A stretch of DNA of 64,000 bases. It comes from the human T2T-CHM13v2.0 reference genome, Homo sapiens. The position numbers were made by a program, and so were the translations under genes. Each line of letters starts with the position of its first letter. Position 1 is the stretch's first letter. Shown piece after piece: positions 33,473 through 49,517 of this stretch. The notes under the pieces were generated by a model. That model worked only from the letters and a program-made list of their open reading frames with translations, searched no databases and had not been told where the DNA came from. The stretch is from NCBI RefSeq assembly GCF_009914755.1, contig NC_060927.1; one strand, given 5' to 3'.

Positions 33473-33638
33473 GGGGGGAGGGGGGAGGGATAGCATTAGG
33501 ATATATACCTAATGCTAAATGACGAGTTAATGGGTGCAGCACACCAGCAGGGCACATGTATACATATGTAACTAACCTGCACATTGTGCACATGTACCCT
33601 AAAACTTAAAGTATAATAATAATAAAATTTTAAAAAAA
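33473..33638 (+). mobile_element. Young L1PA (L1PA2/3-like) 5'-truncated 3' end
   Basis: G-rich tract, GATAGCATTAGGA...AAAACTTAAAGTATAATAA; 17-bp TSD AAGAAATTTGACTTTTT at 33454 and 33637. Confidence 0.92.
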
Positions 33639-33659
33639 GAAATTTGACTTTTTAAAAAA

Positions 33660-35590
33660 AACCTCTTAGAAGAAGATATAGGATAACATCCTTATGACCT
33701 TGAATTCAGGGAGGCTATAATAATTTACAGGAAGCATACATTGAGGGAAAAGATTAATACATTCAAATACATTAAAAATTAATTTTATTCATTGGAAGAT
33801 AGAATAGCCAGGCGCAGTGGCACTTGCTTTGTAGTCCCAGCTACTTGGGGGCTAAGACGGGAGGACTGCTTGAGCCCAGGAGTTTGAGGCTGTAATGTGC
33901 TTTGATGGTGCCTGTGAATCACCACTGTATTCCAGCCTAGGCAGCTTAAAAAAAAAAGAATAAGAAAAGTTCAGAAGAAAAAAATTGGCAAATATATTTG
34001 TAAAACATATATCACTTGCAAAAGGTTAGTATTCAGAAAATAGAAATAAGTTGTTTAAATAAAAGACAACCCAACAGAAAAGAAACAGTCAAAAGACACA
34101 CATAAGAATTTCACCGAATAAATAAGATGCAGCAATAAACAAATGCTCAACTTTCAACATAAGTAAGGAAGTGTAAACTTAAACCATGAGATGCCGTTTC
34201 TACTCAATTAAAAACTTGGATAATATCAAGTGTGAGTGATACCGTAGAGCAGTAGCAACTCTCATACTTTGTTGTTGATATGGTGAATTTCATTGATTGA
34301 TTTTTGAATGTTAAGCCAAGTTTGCATTCCTGAGATAAACTACACTTGGTTGTGATGTATTATCCCTTTTATATATTGCTGGATTTGATTTGCTTATATT
34401 TTGTTAAGGATTTTTGTATCTCTGTTCATGAAGTATTCGTCTTAAATGCTTGTGAGAATTTACCAAAGGAAGCCATCTGGACCTATTTATGTTCTGTGGA
34501 ATGTTGTAAACTATAAGTTCAATTTCTTTAATAGAAACAGAGCTTTTCTAGTCATCTATTTTTTCTTGAGTTAACTTTGATATTTTGTATCTTTCAGGAA
34601 ATTTGTCTGTTTCATCTAAGTTCTTGACTTTATTATAAAATTATTCATAATATTACCTTGTTATACTTTTAGTATCTGTAGAATCTGTGGTGCTGTGTCA
34701 TTACCTCTCTTATTCTCAATGTTGGTAATGTGTGCCTTTTTTTTTTTCCATTACACTTTGGCTAGAGATTTATCAACATTATTGTTCTTCTTAAAGAATC
34801 AGGGTTTTTTTGGTAGATTTTTTTCTATTATTTTTCTGTTTTCTATTTCCTGAATTTTTGTTCTTTATTATTTCCTTGTTTCTGCTTGCTTTGTGTTTAA
34901 TTTCCTCCTCTTTTTCTAGTTTCTCTTTTCTTTCTTTCTTTTTTTTTTTTTTTTTTTGAGACCAGGCCTTGCTGTGTTGTCATTCAAGCTGGAGTGTGGT
35001 GGTGCAATCATAGCTCACCACAGCCTCAAACTCTTGGGCTCAAGCAATCTTCCCGTCCTCAGCCTCCTGAGTAGCTAGGACTACAGGTGCATGCCACCAT
35101 GCCTGGCTAATTTTAAAATTTGTGGTAGAGATAGGGGCTCTGTATGTTGCCCAGGCTGTCTAGTTTCTCAAATTAGAATCTTAGGTAATTGAGTTAAGGC
35201 TTTCTTCTCTTCTAATGAATCATGTAATGTTATAACCATTTTGACAAACAGTGTGACATGGTTACAATGCTGAATTTCTGTATATCTATTGACCCAGCAG
35301 TTCTTCTCCTAGGTATATACTCTAGGAAATTTTTTTTATATGTTTGCCAGGAGACGTGTTCAAGCATGTTTATAGTAGGATTTTTCATAATAGCAAACAT
35401 CCAAATGTTCATTGACAGGAATATGTACATACTTCTGTTAAATTACACCACGGAGTACTGTACAGTATTGAACGTGAATGAACAATAGCTGCATATATCA
35501 ATGCAGATCAATCTCAGAAATGTTGAATAAAAAGAGCAAGGTGCAAAAGAATACTTACACTGTGATGTCATTTAAGATAAAATTTGAAAA
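33660..35590. mobile_element. Nested old L1M fragments (+ strand host, - strand insert ~34270-35225), with FRAM 33808-33955 and AluJ 34925-35160
   Basis: Degenerate L1 ORF2/3' motifs in both orientations. Confidence 0.6.
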
Positions 35591-35594
35591 ATCA

Positions 35595-35910
35595 GTTGGG
35601 CGCAGTGGCTCACACTTGTATTCTCAGCATTTTGGGAGGCTGAGGCAGGTAGATTGCTTGAGCCCAGGAGTTCAAGACCAGCCTGGGCAACATGGCGAAA
35701 CTCCATCTCTACAAAATATACAAAAAATTAGCCAAGCATGCTGATGTGTGCCTCTTGTCCCAGCTACTCAGGAGGCTGAGGTGGGAGGATTGCTTGAGCC
35801 CAGGAAGTTGAGGCTGCAGTGAATTGAGATCGCTGCACTACACTCCAGCCTGGGCAACAGAGTGAGACCCTGTTTCAAAAAAAAAAAAAAAAACAAAAAT
35901 AAAATAAAAA
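35595..35910 (+). mobile_element. Alu (AluJ-like)
   Basis: Dimer plus poly-A. Confidence 0.9.
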
Positions 35911-36521
35911 TGAAAAATCACCATACGTACTGATATATCTGTTTTGCTATAAATATAGTAATAGAATGATAAGCAATCCTTGTGGGGGAGGCAGAGTTAA
36001 TGTAAAAATAGCTAAATTTATATATTACATGTTGCAAGATGTTTTAAATACTTTATAAATGAATACTTATTTGATTCTCATAATCAAGTACTTCTGTGAT
36101 GCAGGCACTATTTTTATTCTCATTTATAAATAAAGAAGCAGAAAAACCTTAACTTCCTAAAGTTATACCACTAATAAGTGGTAGACCTTATCATCAAATC
36201 CAAGCAAGTCTGGCTTGAGTCTGTGCTCTGAATGACTAAGTCTTAGTGCTTGCCATGATGGAAGGGGCAGGGAGTTTCTCAAGCTGGCAGTTGGGTACAC
36301 CGACTTTTTTTTTATTGTTTCATTCATATTTATATGCTTATATTTATTTTTATATTTAACTTAATTAAAATTTTAAAAGAGAAATAAAAAAAGTTAAGCC
36401 ACCTGAGAAGGAATGTAAGAACATAACCTCCCTAACTATATTTACATTCTAAATGGAATTTTAGGACATCAACACTATTAATGTTCCCTTTTTTTTTTCA
36501 CATTGCCCTGCCCCTCCCTTC

Positions 36522-36811
36522 TTTTTTTTTTTGAGACAGGGTCTTGCTCTGTTGCCCATGCTGGAGTGCAGTGGCATGATCACTGCTCACTGCAGCCTTG
36601 ACCTCCTGGGCTCAAGCCATCTGCCCACCTTGGTCTCCCGAGTAGCTGGAACTACAGGTGCACACCATCACACCCAGCTAATTTTTGTGTTTTGTAGAAA
36701 CAGGATCTCGCCAGGTTGCCCAGGCTGGTCTCCAACTCCTGGGCCCAAGCGATCTGCCTGCCTTGGCCTCCCAAAGTGCCAGGTTTACAGGCAAGAACCA
36801 CCATGCCCAGC
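36522..36811 (-). mobile_element. Alu (AluJ-like)
   Basis: TSD TCAACACTATTAAT. Confidence 0.9.
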
Positions 36812-37017
36812 TTCAACACTATTAATTTTCTATAACATATTTCCTAGATAATACTAATAAAGCATGAAATATTAAAAACTTGGATAGGTGAGGTGTTATT
36901 AATCTTATATATCTTGATCTGGGTGGTAGTTACAAGGGTGTGTTCATCTGGTGGTGATTCATCAAGCTATACACTTTTGATTTGTTCAATTCTTTGTAGG
37001 TATTTCAACTTAAATAA

Positions 37018-37306
37018 TTTTTTTTTTTTGAGACAGGGTCTTGCTTTGTTGCACAGGTTAGAACTCAGTGGCTCTATCTCTGCTCACTGCAGTCTTGATT
37101 TCTTGGGCTCAAGCGATCTTCCCACCTAGGCCTTCCTCGTGGCTGGGACTGTAGGCACGCACCACCATGCTTGGCTAATTTTTAATTTTTTTTAGAGATA
37201 GGGTCTCGCTGTGTTGCCCAGGCTGGTCTTGAACTCCTGAGCTCAAGTGATCTACCCACCTCAGACTCCCCAAGTACTGGGATTACAGGTGTGAGCCACC
37301 TTGCCC
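37018..37306 (-). mobile_element. Alu (AluJ-like)
   Basis: Antisense dimer. Confidence 0.88.
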
Positions 37307-37332
37307 AGTAAAATTCTTTAAAGATAGAATAA

Positions 37333-37420
37333 GATATATACATACACATATATATATACCTATGTATGCACATATATATATACATATATATACACACACA
37401 TATATATGCGCATATATATA
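37333..37420. repeat. (TA)n/(CA)n compound microsatellite
   Basis: Directly visible. Confidence 0.9.
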
Positions 37421-37439
37421 AAATAATAAGATACAAAAA

Positions 37440-37592
37440 ATAGAATAAAAAAATAAAAATAAATTAGCGAGGCATGGTGGTACATGCCTGTAGCCCCAGC
37501 TGCTTGAGCCCAGGAGTTTGAGACTGTAGTGAGCTATGATTGCACCACTGCATTCCAGCCTGGGCAACAGAGTGAGACCCTCTCAAAAAAAA
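37440..37592 (+). mobile_element. Alu right-arm fragment
   Basis: AATTAGCGAGGCATGG...GACCCTCTCAAAA. Confidence 0.8.
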
Positions 37593-38086
37593 GGACTAAA
37601 AATATTAGATAAGATTTTCTTAAATTCCAAAGGTTTCTTATTGCAGCTACATTATGTATGTATTTGTTGGGATGATTAAAGGGATATAAAATAGGTTATA
37701 AAATGATTGGCTGGCTTTTTGAGATGTTACTTCATTGAAAAGGCTGTAAAAAGAATAAGGAAGCTGTTTATATACTGATATGGGAGATTTTCTAAGATAT
37801 AAATTATTGGGTTAATAAAAGAACAAACAGGAGACAGCACCATGTGTATAATAATCTACCTTTCTTGTAAAGGAGAGAAAAATAAGAATCTATGTTTGTT
37901 ATTTGTTTATGCCTAAAGAAACTCTGAAGGAGGCATAAGAAATTAGTAGCTGCGGTTACCTGGGAGTGTAGTGGGGATGGAGACTGTGTTGATATGAAAT
38001 AGGGATGGCAGGAAGTCTTTTCATTGTATTTACCATTTTAGTTCTTTTTAAACCATGTAACTATACAAGCTATTCTAAGTAAATAA

Positions 38087-38390
<304 letters not shown>

Positions 38391-38857
38391 ATTTTTAAAA
38401 GAAAGCATGTTTAGCATATCTCCGTTAGGTAAATTCAGATTTATACTCTTTTATTTTGGGACTTACATTTGATTATTTGTTGGATATAGGATATTTCCAT
38501 TTCTTGAGATTTGGTCATATCTCTTGAAATAGAGAAATTTTGGGGATACTATATCATTATAAGGGCTTATGTTCAAAGAGGACTTTTTCAGTTAAATTCC
38601 CCAAATCTTTCCAGCATCTCCCCTTTTCCAGGACCATTTTAATTCTTTTTAAAATTACTTTTTGCTCTTTTGGATATTGTGCATTTATAGGCAGAAGTTT
38701 CCTTTCCAATGAGATGTTAATAATATGACCTTATATTTAAACAGTTTTAGAATTAAAAAGGTGTTTTGTTACTGTGACTGAGCTTTCTGATATCATTTAG
38801 TTAAAAAGTAGGAAAAGCCAATGTTTAGGTGGCCAAACTTTCCTTTTATTCTTCTTT

Positions 38858-39140
38858 GTTGAGACGGTCTCACTCTGTCACCTAGGCTGGAGTGTAGCGG
38901 CATGATCTGGGCTCACTACAACTTCCACTTCCTGGGCTCAAGCGATCCTCACATCTCATCCTCCCAAGTAGCTGGGACTACAGGTGTGCACCACCATGCC
39001 TGGCTAATTTTTTTGTTTTTTTGTAAAGATGGGTTTTGCCATATTGTCCAGGCTGGTCTCAAACTCCTGGGCTCAAGCAGTCTGTCCACCTTGGCCTCCC
39101 AAAGTGCTGGGATTATAGGCATGAGCCACTATGCCCAGCC
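38858..39140 (-). mobile_element. Alu (AluJ-like)
   Basis: Antisense dimer. Confidence 0.88.
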
Positions 39141-41465
39141 ATGAATGGATTTTTGTCATTATCTTAGGAGTGGGTTAGTATTGTGTGAGTGGGCTTGTTA
39201 TAAAAGTGAGCTTGGCCCCCTCTTGCTGTCTCCCTGTCTCATGCTCTCCTGCCTTTCCATGTTCTGCCATGCAGTGCTGCAACAAGAAGGCCCTCACTAG
39301 ATGATGGCACCTTGATACAGAACTTCTAGCTCCCAGAACTGTGAGAAATACATTTCTTTTCTTTATAAATTACCCAATCTGTGATATTGTGGTATAGCAA
39401 CACAAAATGGATTAAGACAGAAAATTGCTACCAAGAAGTGGGGTTGTTGCTGTAACAAACACCTGAAAATGTTAAAGCAGCTTTGGAACTGGGTAATGGG
39501 TAGAGAAGAATTTGGAGGAGCAGGCTAGGAAAAGCCAGTTGTGGTAAATGGAGCATTAATGGTGATTCTGGTGAGAGCTCCGAAGAAGGGGAAACGTGTA
39601 TCAAAAAATCTGAAAACCTTAGAGATTACTTAAGTGTTCATGATCAAAATATTGGTAGAAATAGGGATAGTAAAGGCCATTCCGATGAGCTCTCAGATGG
39701 AAGAGAGAAATATCTTACTGGAAACAGGAGTAAAGGTCATCTTTGTTATGAAGTGGGAGAGAACATGACTGTTCTGTGTCCTTGCCCTAGGTCTTTATGG
39801 AAGGCAGAATTTAAGAGTGATGAGCTAGGATATCTGGTGGAAGAAATTTTTAAACAAAATATTGAAAGAGCTACATAGCTATTTGTAACTGCATACATTA
39901 AGATGCGAGAGGAGAAAAATGACTTAAAGTTGGATTTATAATTAAAAGAGAAACAGAAAGGAAAGATTTGGAAAATTTGCAGTCTGGCTATGTAAAGAGT
40001 GAAAAGGCATGTTTAAGAGAGCAAGCCAAGGGTGTGGCCAAGTAACTGTTTGCTAAGGAGATTAGTATGGATAGGAGGGAGCCAAGTACTTATCATCAAG
40101 AAAATGGGAGAATGACTCTGAAGCCATTTCAGAGATCTTCAAGGCTATCCCTGTCATCACGGGTGCAGACCTCTAGGAAGACAGAACAATTTTGAGTCAG
40201 GGCCAGGGCACCCTTTGGCACCTTTAATGGGCTTGATGCCTAGGGCTGCCCCTATCTCTGTTCCCTGCATTCTGTTGCAACACTGCCCTAGCTGTGGCTC
40301 AAGTGGGCCCAGGTGTTGCTGAACCTGCTGCTCTGAAAGGTACAAGCCATAAACTCTGGTGGTGTACACTTGGTGATAATTCTGTCACCAAATTCAAGAA
40401 CCATGGGGCCATGGCAGCCTCCACCTAGATTTCAAAGGATGTCATGGATAGGCGGGGGGCCCAGACAGAGATGTGTAGGAGAGGCAGAGCCACTACTGAA
40501 AGTTCCCACTAGAGCAGTGCCTAGTGAAGCTGTGGGAATGAAGCAGCCCCCAAGACCACAGAACTATAGGGCCACCAGCATATAACTGCACCCTGGAAAG
40601 GCTGCAGGCATAAGACTCCAACCTGTGAGAGCTGCTGGGTGGACTGAGTCTAGGAAAGCTATAGAGGTAGGGCTGCCTGAGGCCTTTGTGAGCCCAACCT
40701 TTCCCCAGTGGGCCCAGCCTCTGTCCTAGTGTGCCCAGGATTTTGGACATGGCGTCAAAGGAGATTCTTCTCCAGCTTTAAGACTTATTGTTGTTTTTCT
40801 TGGGACCACCAGTTACCCCTCTTTTCCTCATCCCTATTGGAATGAGAGTGTCTGTCCTATGCCTGTGCCTTGTGTTTTGGAAAGTTGGTAACTTGTTTTA
40901 ACAGGCTCACACTTGGAGGGAATATACTTCAGGATGAATCATGCCTTGAGTCTCACCTATATCTGATTTAAATGAGACTTTAGACTTTTGAGTTGATATT
41001 GGAATGAGTTAAGACTTTAAGATTATTGGGATGGAATCTTTGCATTTTGCATTGTGAGAAGGACATGAATTTTGGGGTGCTAGGATGGAATGTTAAGGTT
41101 TGCATGTGTCTGCCATGGTTCATGTGTTGGAAACTTAATCCCCAATGCAACAGCATTGGGAGGTGGGGCCTAATAAGAGGTGATTATTAGGTCATGGATT
41201 AATGTTGTTATCTTGGGAGTGGGTTTGTTATAGAAGTGAGTTCTGTCCTGTCTTGCTCTCCCCTTCTCTTGTGCTCTCTTACCCTTTTGCCTTCTGCCAT
41301 GGTATATGGTATGATGCAGCAAGAAGGCCCTCACCAGATGCTGGCAACTTGATGTTGAACTTCTCAGCCTTCAGAACTGTGAGATAGATAGATTTTATAT
41401 ATATATATAGTTATAAAGTATTCAGTCTAAGGTAATCTGTTTATAGCAATACAAAACAAACAAGT
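39141..41465 (+). mobile_element. MSTB-type MaLR provirus: partial 5' LTR (39141-39419), internal region (39420-41090), 3' LTR (41091-41465)
   Basis: LTR end GATTAAGACA followed by GAAAATTGCTACC; purine-rich tract ending GGATGGAA before TGTTAAGGTTTG; both LTRs share GCA(A/G)CAAGAAGGCCCTCAC...AGAACTGTGAGA. Confidence 0.85.
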
Positions 41466-42852
41466 ATTTCAGCTATAGAATAAAATGTTTGCAAGATTTA
41501 GCAAACATAAACGTTTACTTGGTTTTAGAGAATTTGAGGTACATTTCTTAATCTACATAAAATTTAAAACTCAAATATGTTGTAATAGGTTAGGGATTAC
41601 ACCAGTCATAATGATGCCATAGTTGCCTTACACCCTGAGAGAATGAGCCATTTTAACAAATAGGATTTTCTGAGCAGTTGAAAATTTATACCTTTTATGC
41701 CCAAATCAGTTTTGGACAGAAAGTTAAACATTTCCTGTCATCTTAAATAGAACAAAGGGCATAACCTTCTCTTAGGTCTTAGTGACCTAGTTGCATTTAC
41801 TAATATAATTATGCATTTAAGGGGATTAGAGGTTATAAAGTTTGTGCCCCGGGGCTAAATGACTAAATTATCATGATTTAAAGTTCCCTGATATATGAAT
41901 TTTGTAATGTTTTGATTCTTCTGGGTTTTATTTTCTGTGTCAGCTATTCCTATAGAAACTAAATAGCAACATACATGTAAATACAGATCTGTGAGGAAGC
42001 ATGTGAATTTTACATTATGTGAACTTGCCCATCTGCTTCTACTACCACACTTCTCTTTTTTCCTTCTTGGTTAACAAGTGAATACCACCTAAAGTGGTAT
42101 TATTGAGGTCTTTGGTAAATATATTCCTGAAACCTTTTAGAAAAATGTTAAGAGATTTTATATAAAGACCAGGTCACAAATGGCCATGAAATCTCTTCAC
42201 CTGTTCTTTACCATATGTTATTTTTGTATAACATTTTCACGTTAACTATGTAGCTACATTTATTGGAAAATATAAGTACCTTTATAGTTATTTCAGCAAA
42301 CATTTATCAGTCTTCTACTACTAAGTAAAAGAACCCCTTCTACTACTACTTTTCTAGGTGACAGAGATGAAAAAACAGGTGTCTGAATTTTTGAAACCTA
42401 AAGTCTATTTGAATAAGACAATAAAAAACTGTTTAGTATAATATTTTAGTAGCAGTGTATACCTGGTGTTAAATGATATTATAAAGGAGGATCATCCAAT
42501 TCAGCATATCAGTTTGATAATACTGTGGTAATAACTCCAAAACCACAGTGCCTTATAGCAGCAAAGATTTATTTCTTGCTCATGTTACATGTTTAGGTAG
42601 ATGGCAGCTCTGTCCATAGTTGTTCTCCTTTCAGGGGTTCAGGCTGAAGGAGCAGCTCCTATCTGGGACATGTATGTTCTGGTGGTTGAAGGAAAAGAGC
42701 TATCCAGAACAGAACCATGGAATTATAGTTAAAAAAGGGGAACATGTTATTCAACACACACTTTATTGGCCAAAGCAAGTCACGTGGCCATGCATAATGC
42801 AATTGGTTAGGGAAGTATAATTAATACTCATATAGGAGAAGCAGTAGAATAA

Positions 42853-43403
<551 letters not shown>

Positions 43404-43850
43404 GAAAATTATGTAGTTTTGGGAGCCATCAAGTAAAAATGCATTATAGCAGAAATAAAGCTGTTTTCCAGTCCCTTATGAGCATTCTAATATCTATAAG
43501 TTAAATTGCTTGTGTCTCCCTTGAAGATGAGAGAAGCTGTAAAGAAATTATAATTTGAAGTAATGTTCTTTTTATGGGAGATGGAGGACTATATCATTGA
43601 CACACTACTTGGTATCTTTTTTGAATAACTCTGACATCGAGTTATGAGGTTCAATAATAAGTTTTTTTTCTTTTCACATCTCTTCAATCTACTTTATGTT
43701 ACCCATTAATCGATTGCTTTGTCATGGACTGAATCTATACAATCATATTTTCAAGCTAAAATCTGGGGTAGATTAGTTCATGGGGTCAAACATTAGCATA
43801 TTTAAAATAGGAAATGACATGAATTATGTAGCATTTGCTTATTGGGCATC

Positions 43851-44144
<294 letters not shown>

Positions 44145-44152
44145 AGGCATCT

Positions 44153-45230
44153 CTTTATTGAGCATCTCCTATGTGGCATATTTGCCAGCTGACTGGGATA
44201 TAGGAGTGAAAGATATGATCCTTGCTTTTAGGGATTCTACATAAGTGGACATGTCTCTGGATAATACCAATACTAGGAAATAATTGCCAAGAGAGGTACT
44301 AGTCAAATGATCCGCAGTTGAAGTGTTTAGGAAGGAATGACCAATGATAAGATGGTGAAGAAAGAGTGGTTAGAATGGTTTCTCCACAGGTGACAGCTGA
44401 AACAAGTCTTGAAAGAAGAGCAAGACTTTGTCATGCAAATGAGGGGAAGTACATTCTAGGCAGCACTAATATATATCATGAGTGATAGCATGAAGGAGTA
44501 AAAGCAGTGGTGGTTTATAGAAACTGAGTGATTTTTGTGAATCATATAGGAGAGAGGACAGGAGATGAGGTGGAAAAGGTAGATTTGGACCAAGTCTTGA
44601 AGGACTTTAGTGTAATGCTGCTTTTTCCTTTAGGAACAGGTGGTGAGGAGTTTGATAAGATTTTAAGTAATAGAATCACATGCTTAAATCTTTGTTTTTA
44701 GAATAGCAGTCATGGTGATAATGTGGAAGACATTGGCTTTGTGCCTAGAGGCAAGGGGACTTGTAGAGTGATTCAGTAAAGAGGACAGTTAGAGGTAAAT
44801 TCTTGGTGTGTAGCCAAATCATCTGGATAGAGGGAGATAGACTTGGGAGTTATCAGCCCATGTAGTGAAGGTTACAGGAAATACACTCCCAGGGAAGTTT
44901 GTATATCGCTAGAAAAGTAGAGGCTGGGGAAGAACCCTGGGGATGACCAGCATTTGAACAGCTGGCAGGGAAAAAAGAAGGCAGACTTAAAAGACCATCC
45001 AGAGAAGTAGGAGGATGAGGAGAGATTAGATTTGTGAAGTACAAAGCAGGGGAGAGTTTTTGAGAAGAGAGTTGTGAATAGCCCTCAAATGCTACATTAT
45101 AAGAGTTGAAAGTAGTCCTTGGACTTGTCAGGTAGGGGTCTGTCTCATCAATGGCTTGAGGGCTGGCTGTTCAGTAGAGTGATGAATGTGGAAGCTCGCC
45201 GGCAGTTGGTTAAGAAGGCAGTGAGTTAGG
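44153..45230 (-). mobile_element. L2 remnant
   Basis: TTTATTGAGCATCTCCTATGTG (reverse complement of the L2 3' end) followed by purine-rich L2-like sequence. Confidence 0.55.
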
Positions 45231-45532
45231 GAGTGTGACAGGGAGTGTGACAGTTCTGTACATGCATTACTATAAGTGGATCCGGAGAGTAATTAAGTTA
45301 TTTCCATAAGAAAGGTAGTGTTTGTATACTTCAGTGATGATCATTTGTTTTTCTCCAGTTTTAATTGTTGCTGCTCCCAAGGAGCCTGTGGTGATTCTGC
45401 CCTTGTATGTCGGGGGAAATGTGGCATTAAAAAAGCAGTACAGGTCAGGCACTCTCTGTCCAGATTAATTTCTCAATAGAGTTATGTGTAAATTGAAATC
45501 TTACTGAGTTGAATAAGTTTGTGCAAATGGGA

Positions 45533-46031
45533 TGTTGGTAAGGAAAAAATTATTCAATGACACTTGTTAAAGCATGGTAAGGAAGATTTATTCAGGACCA
45601 TTGAGATAGGTATAGAAACCACTGCAGTGGGGTGTGGGGATTGCGGGGCGAGGGTAGAGAGAGACTGGGCTCACTCTGAATACAGCATGGGCAATTGGGA
45701 ATCTATAGCCAAGGATCAGTGTGAGGGTAAGTGGTTGGAAAATTACTAAGAGGAAACATCAGGGGTAAGGGGGATTCTGGCTAAATCGACCTAACAGGAT
45801 TCTTGGTGGAGTCAGGCCAGGGTGTTCAGACATCACCTGAGGGATGGTAGATAATGAGGAACCTGATCATACATCAAGGATGATCAGATGTCGAGGTTGA
45901 GGGGGTTCTGGCTAAACTGACTTAGCAAGGTTCTTTGGCTAAAACTGGATTTTACAAGGAAGTACACAGATGAGCCTAGAAGAGAGTTCATAAGCCTGAG
46001 TAAAGTTTGGCCAAGCAAAGAATCTTTGTCA
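45533..46031 (-). mobile_element. MER31-type ERV1 solo LTR
   Basis: Minus strand starts TGACAAAGATTCTTTGCTTGGCCAAACTTT and contains CTTCCTTGTAAAATCCAGTTTTAGC. Confidence 0.75.
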
Positions 46032-46135
46032 ACATGAGTCACATTGTTAAAAATATATGGAAATGTTAAAACTCTGTAATTCAACACAAATTAGAAATTC
46101 AGCAGCTATAGATGATATTCCCATAGATATTTTGA

Positions 46136-46514
<379 letters not shown>

Positions 46515-47441
46515 TGAGTTCTTAAAGCCAGAAACTTATCTTTGCATTTCTGATGATAGCAAAAATTAATTCTATGAAAAGTTTGTGTGTGTATATGTGT
46601 AAATATGTATGTGGATAGCTAAGTATACATTCAGCTCTTACTATGTCCAAAGCATATGAATGAGAGGCTAAGGACTGCTTACTATGGGGAAGAATGATTC
46701 TTACTTTACATTTGGCCAAGATCACAGATCTTATAACAAAAGGATTAAATGTTTTAGTATTGATCCTGATGAACACCTGACTTTTAAAGAAGGGTTATAA
46801 GAGCTTATAAACCAAGGTTAAGGAAAAAAAAAAGTGGAACACGGTGGTAAAATATTAATCTTTTTGCAGTAGATATATATTTTGTGAATTATCAAATTCT
46901 ACCTAATTTTATGTTATTTTAGTCACTTATTTTCTATTTGTATAATTTTGTAGTTTTCTAGTTTTGCATTCTTGTTTTTATAATAGGTGCTAAATATGTG
47001 AGTTTGTTAAAATGTACTTTCAACATTAAGTAAAAATGAAACCATCGAGCAATTATTAAACACGTAAGACTAATAATTCTCCTGAATTTATACCATATAA
47101 AATAAGGTCATGTATATGGAAGTATTTTATAAACTAGGTAGCTAGAAATTAAGTCGTTATTTTTAAGTAGAAGATAAGTTATTAAATATTCACTGTAAAT
47201 TTTAAGAACATAATTAAGTTGCTTTGGAGCAAAGGGGTCACATAAAATAATTTCAATTTTAGAAAACAATATCCATGAATATAAAGATAATAAGGATATA
47301 CTGAAATATATATGTATTAGATACATTTTCTGGGTTCTAGGATGGAAAAACTTATTTGGACAGGGGATGGGGGAAGAGGAATGGCTTTTTATGAGTTTTA
47401 GCCCAGTATAAATATAGCAGCAGTCTTACTTTTAAAAAATT

Positions 47442-47846
<405 letters not shown>

Positions 47847-49223
47847 TCACTTCCTTATTGTAAATATGGCTCTGCTACTAAGATAACATCCCTGAAACAG
47901 GGTGTAAATTTCTCAGGGTCTTGAAAAACAGTTTGAGAAGGGGGAAAAAAAAGTTAAGGTATGAATAATTTTCTCAGTTATGACTCTTTTAAAGTTCATT
48001 TCGATAAACTATCAAATAAATTTCTATTTCAACAGAAAATCCAAAAATTGCTTTTTTTTTGCATAGCATCTGAATTGGCTCAGATTAAGTATTTAAAAAT
48101 TATAATTTTAATGAATAGTAGAAATCTCTCATATTTGAACCAATTTATATCTTTTACTAAACTTTAGAGTTGAAACTGATTCATTAATTTTAATAGATCT
48201 GTTTATTAATGATCTATTAATGATCTCAAATTTTGCTTGATATTTTAGATGAAAAAACAGTACTTAACAGATAAATCAAAAACAGTATTAAAATGTAAGA
48301 AGTATAACAGGATATTTTAGTGGCCTGTCTTTTTATTGTGTTCAAAGGGAATTGTTTGAACTTAAGTTACAGCTTTAATTGCATGTCAATTATCTGTAAG
48401 TATCTTACTTAAAAAGAAAATATGTGAATTAAGCTAACTAGTGACATTTATCTTTAACAACAGAGCACTTTGATTTGAAGAACAAAATTTTGTAATAATT
48501 GTGTTGAGTAAATATTTAGATGCGACCTTCTTAGTGATATTTTTATATGAAACACCTTTATTTTGATGGTATTGATTTTACTATTTATACTTTTTATATA
48601 TAAATGCTTTAAGTAAGAGCAATGTCTATCTTCTTCTCCAAGTAAACTTATAAGTAAATTAGCTGAAACAGTCATTGTTAGAAATCATCCTTGCCTAAAT
48701 TTTAAATAAAAACATAGTTAAAAAACTACAGTAGTGACAAATGTGACAGCACATAATTAATGTGCTGTCACATTTGCCTGAATTATTTTAAGTTAGGGGA
48801 CTGTCTTATTTGCTTCTGTGTTTATCGTTCTTAGTTTAATTAGTATTGAATAGGTTTTAACAGTTAGGTTTTATATTTTCTCTTTAGATCTCCTCAGTAT
48901 TGGTTTTGTCTATTCTGTTTCACTTAAATTATATCTTCATCTATAGGGGATTTTATATTCTATATTGTGTGTTCCTTTAAATTGACCATGATGAATTCTG
49001 AGTGTGTAGGTATTTGTACCATTTAAGTCGTTAACTCTTTAGAAATGTATGGACTTATTTATATTTTTTATAATATTGACAGTAAAAAATATGGGAAATG
49101 TATTAATATGTTAAACATTTGACAACACAAGCAAGTTATGTGGGCTTTTTAATTTTTTTTAAAGAAATGTAAAAAGTCTGGGCTACATTATGTTTCCCAG
49201 GCTGAACTCAAACTCCTGGATTT

Positions 49224-49517
49224 GACCGGGTGCGGTGACTCACACCTGTAATCCCAGCACTTTGAGAGGCTAAGCGGGGTGGATTGCTTGAGCTCAGGAG
49301 TTGAGACCAGCCTGGGCAACATGGCAAAACCCCATCTCTACCAAAAAATTGCAAAAATCAGCTGAGCGTTGTGGTGCGCACCTGTGGTCCCAGCAACTTG
49401 GGAGGCTGAAGTGGGAGGATCACTTGAGTCCAGGAGGCCGAAGTTGCAGTGAGCCAAGATCATGCTACTGCACTCTGCCCAGGTGACACCCTGTCTCAAT
49501 AAGAAAACCCAAAAAAT
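49224..49517 (+). mobile_element. AluJ nested in an antisense FLAM (~49175-49590)
   Basis: FLAM sequence resumes after the Alu. Confidence 0.8.
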
